Program-made: the position numbers and the translations under genes | Notes under the pieces: model-generated | Databases searched by the model: none | Seen by the model: the letters and a program-made list of their open reading frames with translations, nothing else | Told to the model about the DNA's origin: nothing | Origin: Octopus vulgaris | Taxonomy: Eukaryota | DNA length: 64,000 nucleotides | Assembly: GCA_951406725.2 (NCBI GenBank) | Contig: OX597820.1 | Location: 78,678,001-78,742,000 of the forward strand | Direction of reading: 5' to 3' | Shown: piece after piece, positions 1 to 13,784 of the stretch | How positions within the stretch are numbered: the first letter of the stretch is position 1 | Layout: every line of letters begins with the position of its first letter

Positions 1-579
1 AAAGGGATTTCACTGGCACTCCTTTTGGAAAAGGATGTAAGCGTTGTATCTCTTGGAATTTGTGCTTATTGGAAAGTAATTGCTTGTCTGGCCATTTTCC
101 AAGTGAACAGCAAGTCGTTCAGTGCTCTCTCTCATTCTCCCTCTCTCTCTTTCATTCCTCTCTCTCTCTCTTTCATTCCTCTCTCCGTATAACACAAACA
201 CAAATTATATATTCATATATATATATATATTTATATATATACATACATTCGTACATACATATATATCTATATATATATATATATATATATATACATACGT
301 ACAGATCATTTATATATGGTTCCATTAAGAGAGAGTGTTTTTGATTGTGTGCGCGCGCATGTGTGTGTGTGTGTGTGAGTTTACGCTTAAATCTATTTTC
401 ATTTAATGGATCTGCATTTAAAGAAAGATGTTATGTATGAGTGACTGCATGATAGTGTGACGCTACTGTATTCCATCAGGCGTGCCGCACTACCTGTTGT
501 CAAGACCCCATGGCAGTATATTCCGACAGATGTGTCACTTAATGTGTAATCTCAGCCCCTTTTATGTCGACACAGATCG

Positions 580-900
580 ACATAAGATTGAATCGAGTCA
601 GTACACCACTGATAATATTTTAACGAACCTCCAAGAATAAAAGGAGAAAAAAACTGGCCTTGGTGGGATTTGAACGCAAAGACCCTGAAATCGGAAGATA
701 TATAGCTTGAACAAATACCGCAAGGTATTTTGCCGGTCAGTCAAATGATTTTACCGATTCACTGCTCTTATTTCTTACCCGGGCACAACAATTAAAAGAC
801 CTTCGTTCAGGGGTTGAGGACTCATTATATTGCCCTTAGCACTTGACTGCTACTTATTTTAACGACCCTGGGAGAATATTAGACAAAGTCGACTCCGAAG
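580..900 (-). mobile_element. Two degraded copies of SINE family B
   Basis: Diverged reverse-complement matches to the family-B copy at 47797-48028 (e.g. ggatttgaac...aaataccgcaaggtattttgccgg; tacttattttaacgaccc...caaagtcgac). Confidence 0.6.
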
Positions 901-1463
901 GGGAAATAAGTGCAACAATACATTGTTGTTAAGATTGGAATTAAACGAATATGCTAGCTATGATGGACTAAAGAAGTTCATTGCCGGCAGCTTATCTCTT
1001 TCTTCGGAGACATTGGCTTTCACGTCGACATTGAAAACAATTACATTGTTTAAGTTTAAAATATACAATTTTACTCCAGAGCTTTATAGAAAAGTGAAAC
1101 CTCAGGCGAAGTGGAAAACGGAGAGGAAATTTTGCATTCATTTCTAAAGAAAACATTTCTTGCATTGAAATTGTCTTATTCACCCAAAGACTTGGCTATT
1201 ACAAGCAAGCTCTGAATACGTGTGTGTGTGTGTGTGTGTGAATGATTGTGTGTATGTGAGACAGAGAGAGACAGACAGACTGACAGAGACTGAAGGAGAG
1301 AGAGTGTGTATGTATGTATGTGCATATGTATGTAATATACGGTTATGTGTTACGTATGTATTTGATTTTATGTATGAATGTACATATGTATATTCTACAT
1401 ACTCACACACGAGCACGCACTCACACACGCGTACACACTCACACACACACGCATATGTCCCTA

Positions 1464-1517
<54 letters not shown>

Positions 1518-1584
1518 GTGTGTGTAAATATGTGTATATATATATATATAGTTTCAAAATAAATGTATGTTTATATTCTGTTTA

Positions 1585-1635
<51 letters not shown>

Positions 1636-1637
<2 letters not shown>

Positions 1638-1790
1638 TTCTTCTTTTCGTTTCAGTCATTTGACTGTGGCCGTGCTGGAGCACCGCTTTTAGTCGAACAA
1701 ATCGACCCCAGCCTAGTACTTATTCTATCGAGTCTTTGGCCAAACCGCTAAGTTGCGGGGACGTAAACACACCAGCAACAGTGGTGGACA

Positions 1791-1852
<62 letters not shown>

Positions 1853-2023
1853 CATACACAACGGGCTTCTTTCAGTTTCTGTCTCCCAAATCCACTCACA
1901 AGGCTTTGGTCGGCCCGAGGCTATAGTATAAAAACACTTGCCCAAGGTGCCACGCAGTAGGACTGAACCCGGAACCATGTGGTTGGTAAGCAAACTACTT
2001 ACCACACAGCCACTCCTATGCCT
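1636..2023 (-). mobile_element. tRNA-derived SINE family A, full length
   Basis: Minus strand reads ggagtggctgtgtggtaag (A box)...ccgggttcagtcc (B box), then CORE-like ggcaccttgggcaagtg, a central (TA)/(TG) microsatellite, and tail ...cagtcaaatgactgaaac. More than 15 homologous copies in the window. Confidence 0.9.
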
Positions 2024-2174
2024 ATATGTATTTATACAGAATAAGATAAACCTAAAAAAATATAGATATCCACGGTAATTAAGAACTCAATAATACACAT
2101 ACACACACACATGACATCATATAAACGGCAAAAAGTGGAATAATATGTGTGTGTGTGTATGTGTGTGTATGTAT

Positions 2175-2276
<102 letters not shown>

Positions 2277-2568
2277 CTGTGCGCAAATGCAAACGTGCTA
2301 ATATGTATAAAATTTGTATCTGCGAATGTTAGTGGTTAATGTAGACGTGTGGGTGTATATGAGTGTGCCGGTAGAAATTTCTTTGTGTGCGTTTCATTGT
2401 GAAATATAGGAATCCTTTCACTTGTACGATTTGAGAATCGGAAGTGCTTAAGATACTCGAACTTCCTGTCAAGAATGTCTCGGTCTGTGTGTCTGTATTC
2501 AAATATATACAGAGGTGTGTGTGTGTGCGCGTGTATGCATGTATGAGTACATGTATACATCTGCATAC

Positions 2569-2640
<72 letters not shown>

Positions 2641-2644
<4 letters not shown>

Positions 2645-2836
2645 TTTTATTCTTTTGTTTCAGTTATTTTGACTGCGGCGATGCTGGAGCACCACCTTTA
2701 GTCGAACAAATCGACCTTGGGACTTATTCTATGTAAGCCAGTACTTATTATACCGCTAAGTTACGGGTACGTAAACACACCAACATCGGTTGTCAAGCGA
2801 TGGTGGGGGGGGGTACAAACACAGACACTCAAACAT

Positions 2837-2869
<33 letters not shown>

Positions 2870-3012
2870 CATATGATGGGCTTCTTCCAGTTTCCATCTA
2901 CCAAATCTATTCACAAGGCTTTGGTCGGCCCAAGGTTTATAGTAGAAGACACTTGCCCAAGGTACCACGCAGAGGGACTGAACCCGGAACCATGTTGTTG
3001 GGAAGCAAGCTT
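2641..3012 (-). mobile_element. SINE family A, first ~25 nt missing
   Basis: Collinear with 1636-2023; ends at gggaagcaagctt. Confidence 0.9.
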
Positions 3013-3530
3013 TGCAACCATATGCTTTGGGGTTCAGTCTTACCGTGCGGCACTTTGGGCAACCACCCATCAATGCTTGTGAGTGAATTTCATAGACCGA
3101 AAAACTGTGCGAAAGCTAGTCATCAATCTGTGTGCGTGTGTGTGTGTGTGTGTGTGCGCGCGTGGGGGGGGGCAGATGTGTGTGTATATGTGTGTACTTG
3201 TGTATATGTGTGTATGTGTGTGTGCATGTGTGTATGTGTGCGTATGTGTGTGTATACGTGTTTTGAATGTGAGGGAATGAGTGGGTGTATGCATGTGCAT
3301 ATGTACATACGTGTGTGTATGTGTAAATGTTTGTGTTTGTCCCCACCCACCCACTCCTCGCTTGACAACCGTTACTGGTTTGTTTACGTCTCCGTTTTCT
3401 AGCAGTTCGGCAAAAGATACGGATAGATTGAGTACCAAACGTAAATACTAGAGTAGATTTGTTCGGGTAAGCCTACAAGGTGAGGCTCCAGCATGGCCGC
3501 AGTCCAATGACTGTAACATGTAGAAGAATA
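3009..3530 (+). mobile_element. SINE family A, diverged, head-to-head with the previous copy
   Basis: gctttgcaaccatatg...ggttcagtc...cttgacaaccg...ccagcatggccgcagtccaatgactg. Confidence 0.8.
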
Positions 3531-3749
3531 ACAGATCGAAGAGTATATCAAACAGAACAGGCAGCGCACATGACCCTTTATATGAATAGGGAGAAGAAAA
3601 GAGTAGGTTACCCTCGGGCATGAGTCGGGTCCCAAATGCTTACAACAGGGTTAACTCCATTTAATGCGTCTAATGGTTCGATGGTCGTATCAAACCTGGC
3701 GATGAATTACATGAATGGTCTCGCAAAAGAACTTCCAAGTAGTGCATGC

Positions 3750-3927
3750 AGGCGTGAAAGTGAGCTGTGTGGTAAGAAGTTTGCTTCCCAACCACACGGT
3801 TTCAGTCCCACTGCGTGGCACCTTGGACAAGTGTCTCTTCCTAAAGCCTCAGGCTGACCAAAGCTTTGTCAGTGGATTTGGTAGACGGAAACTGAGAGAA
3901 ACCCGTCTTGTATATACGTGTATGTCT

Positions 3928-3963
<36 letters not shown>

Positions 3964-4378
3964 TTGTCTGTCTTTGTTTGTCTGTGCGTTTGTGTGTGCG
4001 TGTGTGTGTTTGTGTGTATGCACGCGCTTTTGTGTATGTGTTTGTGTATGTGTATCTGTCTGTCTGTTTGTGTATGTGTGTGTTTGTGTGTATATTTGTG
4101 TGTGTGCAAGTGTGTGTTTGTGTGTATGCACGTGCTTTGTGTGTGTATTTGTGTGTTGCACGCCTCTGTGTGTGTGTGTGTTTGTCCTCACTACAGCTTG
4201 ACAACCAGATGGTGGCTCACATCCCTGTAACCTAGTAATTCGACATACGTAGCCGATAGAATAAGTACGAATCTTTAAATGATTAAGTACTCGAGTCGCT
4301 TTATTCGACTAAAAAATTCTTCCTGGCGGTGCCCCAGCATGGCCACAGTCTAATAACGGAAACAAATAAAATATGAAA
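3750..4378 (+). mobile_element. SINE family A with expanded central (TG)/(TCTG) tract
   Basis: gctgtgtggtaagaagtttgcttcccaaccac...ggcggtgccccagcatggccacagtc. Confidence 0.88.
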
Positions 4379-4585
4379 CATAGTTTGCCATCTTCTAAAT
4401 TTCGCACAGAATGCATCAGTTGACCAAGGGTTGTAATAAAAGATACGTGACCAAAGCGCTATGCATTAGGATTGAAACACGAAAATATGGAATTGCACAG
4501 AACTTTGTAGCCAAACCAGTTCTGACAGCATTATACTATTGTGTCTGTGTCTGCTGTAGCAGAAGACTAAACTGGCGAGCACTAA

Positions 4586-5125
4586 AAACTGGTACTCCGT
4601 CGGTTACGACGACGAGGGTTCCAGTTCATCCGATCGACGGAATAACCTGCTTGTGAAATTAACGTGCAAGTGGCTGAGTACTCCACAGACACGTTCGTTA
4701 GCTGCATTCTCTAACCACTAAGCCACGTGCCTTCACATATTAACGTGCAGGAGACTGAGTATTCCACAGACGCGTATCCTTAACGTGGTTCTCGGGGAGA
4801 TTCAGCGTGACACAGAATGTGACAAGGCTGACCCCTTTGAATTACAGGTACAACTTATTTGAGGCAGCTGAGAAGACTAAAACAAAGTGAAATAAAATGT
4901 CTTGCTTAAGAACACAACGCGCCGTCGGCAATTGAACTGACGACCTTACGCTCGTGAGCTGAATGCTTAAACCACTAAGCCACAAGCCTTCACAAATTAA
5001 CGTGCAAGTGGCTGATCATTTCAGGGACTAGAACAACCAGAAATAAAGGGTCTTGCTCAAGGATACAACTCACAACCTTATTATAGAGAATTGAATACCC
5101 TAACCGCTAAGCTATGCGCCTTCAC
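4586..5125 (-). mobile_element. SINE family C (tRNA head + CORE-like body), three tandem partial units
   Basis: Head ggcttagtggtt...gttcaatt occurs three times; body gtg(t/a)tcyttragcaagac. Homologous fragment at 5965-6138. Confidence 0.8.
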
Positions 5126-5599
5126 TGGGATTGAACCCGAAACCCTGGAGTTACAGTGAGAAATTTCTAAGCTTGCAACCCTCACTGTACATTTTGTTCG
5201 TGAGTTTGGGCGTGCGTGTCAATCAACGTATATCTAATAATAAAATCATGGCTTCTTTTTAATGAAGGTATTAAAAGAAGAGGCGGTCTGAAACGGTCCT
5301 TCTGGCAATTTTAATTAAAATGTTTCACGAAAAATTAAGACCTGCGGCGTCTTCTCCCGGGATTTTGTATCTCCTCCTTTCTGGATGAATGCTGCAACAA
5401 GACGTTTCAAATTTCTTTCATGTTAACAATTCCATACTTTCATTTTACTGCTTTATTCCTTTGCATCTCGTATTCTGCTTTCTTCTTTTCCTTCCTCTTC
5501 TTTTTCCTCTTCTTCTTCCCCTTCTTTGTCTTCTTTATTTATTTCTTTTACTTCTTTATAGTATTATAATTATGTTTATCATTATTATAATTATTTTTA

Positions 5600-5649
<50 letters not shown>

Positions 5650-5654
5650 ATTAC

Positions 5655-5718
<64 letters not shown>

Positions 5719-5784
5719 CTTTCCTTTCTAAAGTTATGGAGTTTTCCGTTTCAGATGATATATTCAAAAGTCAATTTTGAAAAA

Positions 5785-5815
<31 letters not shown>

Positions 5816-5877
5816 TATGAATGTATGTATATATATATATATAGACACACACACAAACATATATATCCCTATATATT

Positions 5878-5925
<48 letters not shown>

Positions 5926-5964
5926 TTATATATACAAATATATGCGTACATATACATACATACA

Positions 5965-6138
5965 TGATCAACGGAACAGCTGAACCCTCCACAGATACAT
6001 GTACCCTTAACGTAGTTCTCAGGGAGATTCAGCGTGGCACAGAATGTGACAAGGCTGACTCCTTTGAAATACAGGTACTACTCAGTTTTGCCACCTGAGT
6101 GAACTGGAGCAACGTGAAATAAAGTGTCTTGCTCAAGA
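5965..6138 (-). mobile_element. SINE family C internal fragment
   Basis: Collinear with 4765-4910 (gggagattcagcgtg...gtgacaaggctgac...tgtcttgct). Confidence 0.85.
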
Positions 6139-6154
6139 TATATATATATATATA

Positions 6155-6313
6155 TCTTCTATCTTTTATTCTGTTACTTGTTTCAGTCATTTGACTGCGG
6201 ATATGTTTCGACCCAGAGACCTTTTTAAAGTGTAGAACTCATACTTATTCTAATTTCGGGGACTTAAACACCCCAACACCAGTTGTCAAGGGGGGAGAAA
6301 CATAGACGCGCGT

Positions 6314-6364
<51 letters not shown>

Positions 6365-6474
6365 TACGGCGGGCTTCTTTCAGTTTCTGTTGACCAAATC
6401 CTCTCACGGGGCTTTTGTCGGTCCGAGGCTGTAACAGAAGACAGTTGGCCAAAGTGTCACGCAGGGGGGCTGAA
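6155..6474 (-). mobile_element. SINE family A, head truncated
   Basis: tttcagtcatttgactgcgg...gggcttctttcagtttc...ccaaagtgtcacgcag. Confidence 0.85.
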
Positions 6475-6673
6475 GAATTACTAAATACTTTTTCAGTAGA
6501 ATATAAGTTTATTAACCATTTACAAGAAGACCATTTACAAGCAGAACAAATTAGTGTACATAAAGGAATGTACATAAAAAAGTGTACATAAAAGAGTAAT
6601 GTTGTATAATAAGTAGAATATATATAAAAGGGAATATAAATACAAGTAAATATAAATATAAGTATAAATTATA

Positions 6674-6798
6674 TCTTACAGCTGTTTCGGCCATGTCGAT
6701 AATTATGTCTCATTTTACCAATATTAGCCCTTTATGGTTGGTCAATATATAGATATAAATGAGACATTAACAAAAATATCACAAGGCCTCTTCGGAGA
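6674..6798 (-). ncRNA. Type-I hammerhead-like motif with long stem-II insertion, in a probable Penelope-like terminal repeat (~6475-7190)
   Basis: Minus strand: UCU CCGAAGA GGCC-(~96 nt)-GGCC GAAA CAGCUG UA AGA. Palindromic loop III, GUA cleavage triplet, U4C core variant. Confidence 0.6.
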
Positions 6799-7238
6799 AT
6801 ATGTAATATAACTCAGTCTACATATATACCCACATGGGTGTGGGTGCGTACCCACAATACAACATATATATATATACATATGAGTGCATATACTCACACT
6901 CCTATACATATAAAAATATACATTTACATAATGATATAAATAAATAATATAAATCAGTAAACATATATATGTGTTCCACACTCAATGTCTCAGTTTTTCG
7001 ACTTAATATCGTGATAATAAACATACACAAATTAATACCTAGATGCAAATATACATAGTCAATACTACATTATATTACTTCATAATAGTTTCTAAAGTGT
7101 CATTAAAGTTAGTATCATTATCGTTGTCAATACCATTAATGTAATTAATGTTATCATTGTTATCATTCATAATATTATTAATAACTCTTACATTATGATC
7201 CAGAGCGGAATATATGTATGTCCGTGTTGTGTGTGTGC

Positions 7239-7343
<105 letters not shown>

Positions 7344-7432
7344 TATGAGTAGCTCAGAGGCCTTCTCTCCCTACGCATGAGTTTCCATATAAGATGTCCT
7401 TCAACTTCAGCTTGTTGCTGTGTGTCATTTCT

Positions 7433-7707
7433 ATTATTTCTATATTTAAGAAATGAGGAATTATGCACATTATTTACATTATTTACATTTGACGGATATT
7501 TGTCCTCATCTTGTTTGTTGTTAACACAACGTTTCGGATGATATACCCTCCAGTCTTCATCAGGTGTCTTGGGGAAATTTCAAACCCCGGCTCTCATTCC
7601 TAAGGTATATTTCGATGTTACTATTATTATTATTATTTAGGTCACTGCCTGGAATCGAACTCGGAGTCTTGGGTTAGTAGCCTACGCTCTTAACCACTCC
7701 CCATATG
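7433..7707 (-). mobile_element. Hammerhead-containing tRNA-headed SINE-like element, copy 1
   Basis: Reverse complement is collinear with 54854-55248. Confidence 0.85.
7523..7568 (-). ncRNA. Minimal type-I hammerhead motif (two stem-II mismatches)
   Basis: GACAC CUGAUGA A GACUG-gaggguauau-CAUCC GAAA CG UU GUGUU. Confidence 0.65.
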
Positions 7708-7804
7708 GCTACTAACCCCAAGACTCCGAGTTCGATTCCAGGCAGTGACCTGAATAATAATACTAATACTAATACTAAAACTAATAATGATAATAATAAT
7801 AATG

Positions 7805-7865
<61 letters not shown>

Positions 7866-7971
7866 CACCTGATGAAGGCTGGAGGGTATATCAGCTGAAA
7901 TGTGTTAACAAAAAACAAGATGAGGACAAATATCCGTCAAATGTAAATAATGTAAATAATGTAATTAATGT
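7707..7971 (+). mobile_element. Hammerhead-containing tRNA-headed SINE-like element, copy 2 (5' truncated, internally deleted)
   Basis: ggctactaaccccaagactccgagttcgattccaggcagtgacctg-(AAT)n-gacacctgatgaaggctg...aatgtaaataatgtaaataat. Confidence 0.85.
7864..7906 (+). ncRNA. Minimal type-I hammerhead motif (3-nt deletion in stem III)
   Basis: GACAC CUGAUGA A GGCUG-gaggguauau-CAGCU GAAA U GUGUU. Confidence 0.55.
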
Positions 7972-8204
7972 TCATTTCTTTTATATCTACCCATTTGTGT
8001 CCTGATCTTGTGATTATACCTGCATCTCTGCTCTTTTTATTGCTGGAGATGGGTGGCGGATTCTATAGATTGTCGTAAACCTGCATTTTAATGTCTTGAA
8101 TTCTTGCTTAACGGGGATAGGGGTAGTTTTGTCTCTCCAGACATGATATATAGCCCTACTAATGTGAAGCTTGGCGGAATTCTAAAGAGAGAGAAAGCCC
8201 GCAT

Positions 8205-8561
8205 CTGTTTGGGATCAGTCCCACAGCGTGATAACTTGAGGATTCTTCTGTAACTATAGCTGCGGGCTGATCATTGCTTTCTGAGTAGATTTGGTAGACG
8301 GAAACTGAAAGAAGCTAGTCGTATATATTCTTTTATTTGTTTCAGTCATTTTGACTGTGGCCATGCTAGAGCATCACCTTTAGTCGAACAAATCGACCAC
8401 AGAACTTATTCTTTGTAAGCCTAGTACTTATTCTATCGGTTTCTTTTGCCAAACCCCTAAGTTACGGGGACGTAAACACACCAGAATCGGTTGTCAAGCG
8501 ATGGTGGGGAGACAAGCACAGTTACACACACAAACATCACACATGCACACATATGTACATA

Positions 8562-8658
<97 letters not shown>

Positions 8659-8824
8659 TGTATACGACGGGTTTTTTTCAGTTTCCGTCTACCAAATCTT
8701 ATCACAAGGCTTTGGTTGGCCCGAGGCTATAGTAGAAGGCACTTGCCCAAGGTGCCACAAGGGGGACTGAACCCGGAACCATGTGGTTGGTAAGCAAGCC
8801 ACATGGCCATTCGGTGACTCGTGC

Positions 8825-8875
<51 letters not shown>

Positions 8876-9165
8876 TATATGCATGCATGTATGTATCTAT
8901 GTATAAATATTGTGTGCGTGCGTGTGTGTGTATGTGTGTATGTGTGTGTGTGCGCGCATGTGTGGTCGTGTTTGTTTCCCATCACTGCTTAACACTCGAT
9001 GTTGGTTTGTTTACAATTCTGTTAGTAGCAGTTCGGCAAAGGAGTTCGATAGAATATGCTTTAAATTTAAAAGGCTAATAAGTACTAGGAGCGATTTATT
9101 CGGCTAAACTCTTCATAGCGGTACCCCAGCATGGCCACAGTGCAATGCATGAAACATGTAAAAGT
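8205..9165 (+). mobile_element. Old SINE family A copy (8205-8325 and 8960-9165) interrupted by a younger copy
   Basis: 5' half ends ...gaaactgaaagaagctagtcgtatata; 3' half ends ccccagcatggccacagtgcaatg. Confidence 0.7.
8327..8800 (-). mobile_element. SINE family A nested in the opposite orientation
   Basis: Near-consensus copy lying inside the central microsatellite of the 8205-9165 copy. Confidence 0.88.
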
Positions 9166-10283
9166 CAGAATATATCAGAGCTTTTCAGAGCGGAAATACA
9201 GTGTCTTATATCTGCCTTTTCAACATTATAATGGCTAGCTTTACTCATCTTTGCGTGTAAAGAGTTTTCGTGTTTCTGTTTAAAAGAAACCAATATTCTA
9301 TCGAGACGGAGATTAAGCAAATATTCTTTAGGGCATCTTTAACAATTTCTTTTGGCAAGGAGCCATGTTCTCCTATATTCTCATTCTTGTCCATTGTCCT
9401 CCCTTTTGATTAAAACTATTGAAGACCTTAACTTCGGCGTCAATGATGCTTTTACGGTTTCCTTGATTAACTTCATCTTTCACCAACCATCTCTATTAAG
9501 CAAGAAGCGTGTATCAAAAGGAATGATAGAAGACGAGTTTGCTTAAGTAACTTTCGACAGTTATAAGTTAAGCCAAATTCAAAATATTATTTAAGGTTCC
9601 ATATCATATCAATTTCATTGTGTATTCACGCTTAAATCATATTCTGATAAAATTGGCAACTCCTCGGGAGAGAGAGCGAAAAAAAGTAGAGGAAAAAAAT
9701 ATAACATTTGCGATGTCTTGTGGTGTTTCAGCTCATGCACTTGAATCCAACAATGTGCCAAATGTTTCACGCTTTACTTCCTAAACGTGTTTAACGCCCG
9801 AAATATTTGTCAGATATTCAGAAAACTTTACTAAAATATTGGCATAGCTTCATACGCTGTATTAACAAGAAAAGAATGTCGAGTTTGCCAAGCGTACAGA
9901 ATATCGAGTTTCATTTTACTGACTAGGGAATACTGTTTCAATTTCCTTCTGAAACTGGGATTTACCAACAAATTTTTGCAAGAAGGTTCGTACTTCTATT
10001 GTGAAATAAATGCAATAAAAGTGTTTTTTCACTAGACTGTAATATATGACAAGCAACAGTACAACGATTGACCCCAGACATGCATTTATACGCATTATTT
10101 TTGTACGTTTTTATGCGTCTACATCTCGGTTTCTGTATAAGCATATGTGTATATATATATTTCTTTCTCCTTCACTTGCTCCCTCTCTCTCTCACTCTCT
10201 CCTTCTACCTTTGCCTCTCTCTCTCCCATCTCTCCTGCTCTTTCTCCGCATCTCTCTTTCATTTCCCACTCTCTTCCTCTATT

Positions 10284-10354
<71 letters not shown>

Positions 10355-10429
10355 ACGTACATACAAACAAACATATACATACACACTCAGGCATGTATGT
10401 ATGAATGTATGTATGTATATATGTATGTA

Positions 10430-10461
<32 letters not shown>

Positions 10462-10544
10462 AATATAGACATATAATATATGTACTATACATATATAACA
10501 ACAAATACATCTACGAAAATATATATATATGTGTGTGTGTGTAC

Positions 10545-10587
<43 letters not shown>

Positions 10588-10735
10588 TGTGTGTGTGTGT
10601 GTATGTGTATGTGCGTGTGTGTGTATTAAAATACTGACATGCCGTGCTTGTCGGTCGGTGAGGTGTATATAAATTTACATTGTCAAAATAGATACTTACA
10701 ACCTAGCAATTTGTGTGAGTATGAATGCTAATATG

Positions 10736-10775
<40 letters not shown>

Positions 10776-10842
10776 TATATAGATATAGATATAGATTTAA
10801 ACATTTATATAAGTATGTGTACTTTGTGTTTGTATTGTATAT

Positions 10843-10891
<49 letters not shown>

Positions 10892-10937
10892 TATATAAAT
10901 ATGTATACATATATATATATACACACATATATATACA

Positions 10938-10984
<47 letters not shown>

Positions 10985-11010
10985 GCATATGTGTGTATGC
11001 ATGTATGCTT

Positions 11011-11050
<40 letters not shown>

Positions 11051-11359
11051 ATGTATGTATGTATGTATGTATGTATGTATGTATGTATGTATGTATGTAT
11101 GTATGTATGTATGTATGTATGTGTGTATGTATAAGTGCGCATGCGTTTGATTATGCATGTGCTTACAACTATGGTACGTTTATGTGCATATGGTATCTAC
11201 GTTAATTTTCAACGGTAGTAAATACAGATGTCGTATGAAAAGTTTTAAGTTGTGTCTACAATATATACCGAAATTATAAAACTTTATTATCATTCAGTGA
11301 TACGATGAAATGCTTCCAACATCAAACGATATCAAACGATAAGCCATGTACGTTATTTT

Positions 11360-12100
<741 letters not shown>

Positions 12101-12104
12101 ATAT

Positions 12105-12240
12105 TACTAGAAATAAGTGGCTCCGAGGCCTTGTCTCCCTACGCATGGGTTTTTCCATATTATGTCCTTCAACTTCAGCTCGTTGCTGTGTCTCATCTCT
12201 TCCATATCTACCCATTTCTGTCCGGATCTTGTGATCCGTT
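12105..12240 (-). mobile_element. HERO-like LINE fragment, paralogue of 7337-8205
   Basis: Direct nucleotide similarity; translates LKLKDI..NPCVGRQGLGATYF with a frameshift. Confidence 0.6.
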
Positions 12241-12334
12241 CTTGCTAAACTATCACCGGTTTTCTCTTACCAGCTCTTTTCAACGTTCCCTAGCTACGCG
12301 CACACACACACACTCACAAATGCACATACATCTC

Positions 12335-12600
12335 CGTATCCGGAAGATTCGCCATTAAGACAAATTCGCCCTATGGTCAATGATAAACCGTATTATATCA
12401 GCATTTTTTAGAATAAAAAATAAAACATCGTAATAAATAGATATAAAAGCATTAAATAGGCAAGTCTTTATTCAACGACAAACATTAAAAAACGAGACGA
12501 GGTCACTTAGAAATTTCTTACGGCGATTTTTCCTTCGGCAAAAATCTTTATGACGATTTTTCCTTCGGCAAAAATGTTTACGGCGAAATTTCGTATAACC
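12335..12600. mobile_element. Non-autonomous DNA element with inverted subterminal tandem repeats (MULE/foldback-like)
   Basis: Left attcgcc repeats; right ggcra(a/t)t repeats ending in tataacc. Flanks atacatctc / atatatcgc match 7 of 9 (possible 9-bp TSD). Confidence 0.45.
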
Positions 12601-12613
12601 ATATATCGCAGCC

Positions 12614-12730
<117 letters not shown>

Positions 12731-13139
12731 ACACACACACAAATTTCTGAACCCATGCACAAGTTGACACATGTATTTCTACACGTAAGTAGATTATGAA
12801 ATTAAATGACATTCATAGCTAAAATCAACAACTTTCAAACATGTACTTATATACATGTATACACACACAAATCTTGGTGTTACCAACCAATACAGTGCAT
12901 TGGATGACTTTATTGCGTGTATGGAAATACACACAGATTTTACTAAATCTTTCAACTTATAATTAAGTTTAATGCTTTTAATTTACTTACATATTCGTAG
13001 ATGATATATTCTCAGGTTTGTTTACTTACTTAATCACATTCCGAAGTCTGTTATTTTTGTTGATGTTGTTGTGGTTGTGGCTAACAAGATGTTTATCATT
13101 ATATTACGTACAGTAATTTTTTCAAGTTAATATTTAAAA

Positions 13140-13270
13140 AGGAGGTCGACTTTGCTTTTCATCTTTTCGGCGTCAATAAATTAAGTATCAGTTGCGTACT
13201 GGGGTCGATCTAATCGACTGGCCCGCTCCCAAAAAATTTCGGGCCTTGTGGCTAGTGTAGAAAAGAATAT
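13140..13270 (+). mobile_element. SINE family B, 3' part
   Basis: gaggtcgactttgcttttcatc...ggggtcgatctaatcgactggcc...gggccttgtg. Confidence 0.85.
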
Positions 13271-13364
13271 TTAGATAGGAGATGATAGCATAAAAAGCTA
13301 TAAAGATGCATCCATTACTCCCTACCACTAAATGTCCTTAGGGCCGATAGAGAGAAAGAGTATG

Positions 13365-13420
13365 TGAGAGAGAGAGAGAGAGAGAGATAGGTAGATAGAC
13401 AGACAGACAGGCAGACATAC

Positions 13421-13455
<35 letters not shown>

Positions 13456-13709
13456 AAGACAGACAGACAGGCAGACAGACAGACAGACAGATATCTATAT
13501 ATACAGACAGACAGATAGATAGATAGACAGACAGGCAGATGGATAGACAGACAGACAGACAGATAGAAAAACAGACAGACAGACAGATAGACAAAGACAG
13601 ACAGACAGACAGACAGACAGATAGAGAGAGAGAGAGACAGATAAACAAACAGGCAGGCAGACAGACAGACAGACAGACAGACAGATAGACAGACAGACAG
13701 ACAGGTAGG

Positions 13710-13783
<74 letters not shown>
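13365..13783. repeat. Compound (GA)n/(GACA)n/(GATA)n microsatellite
   Basis: Seen directly. Confidence 0.95.
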
Positions 13784-13784
<1 letters not shown>

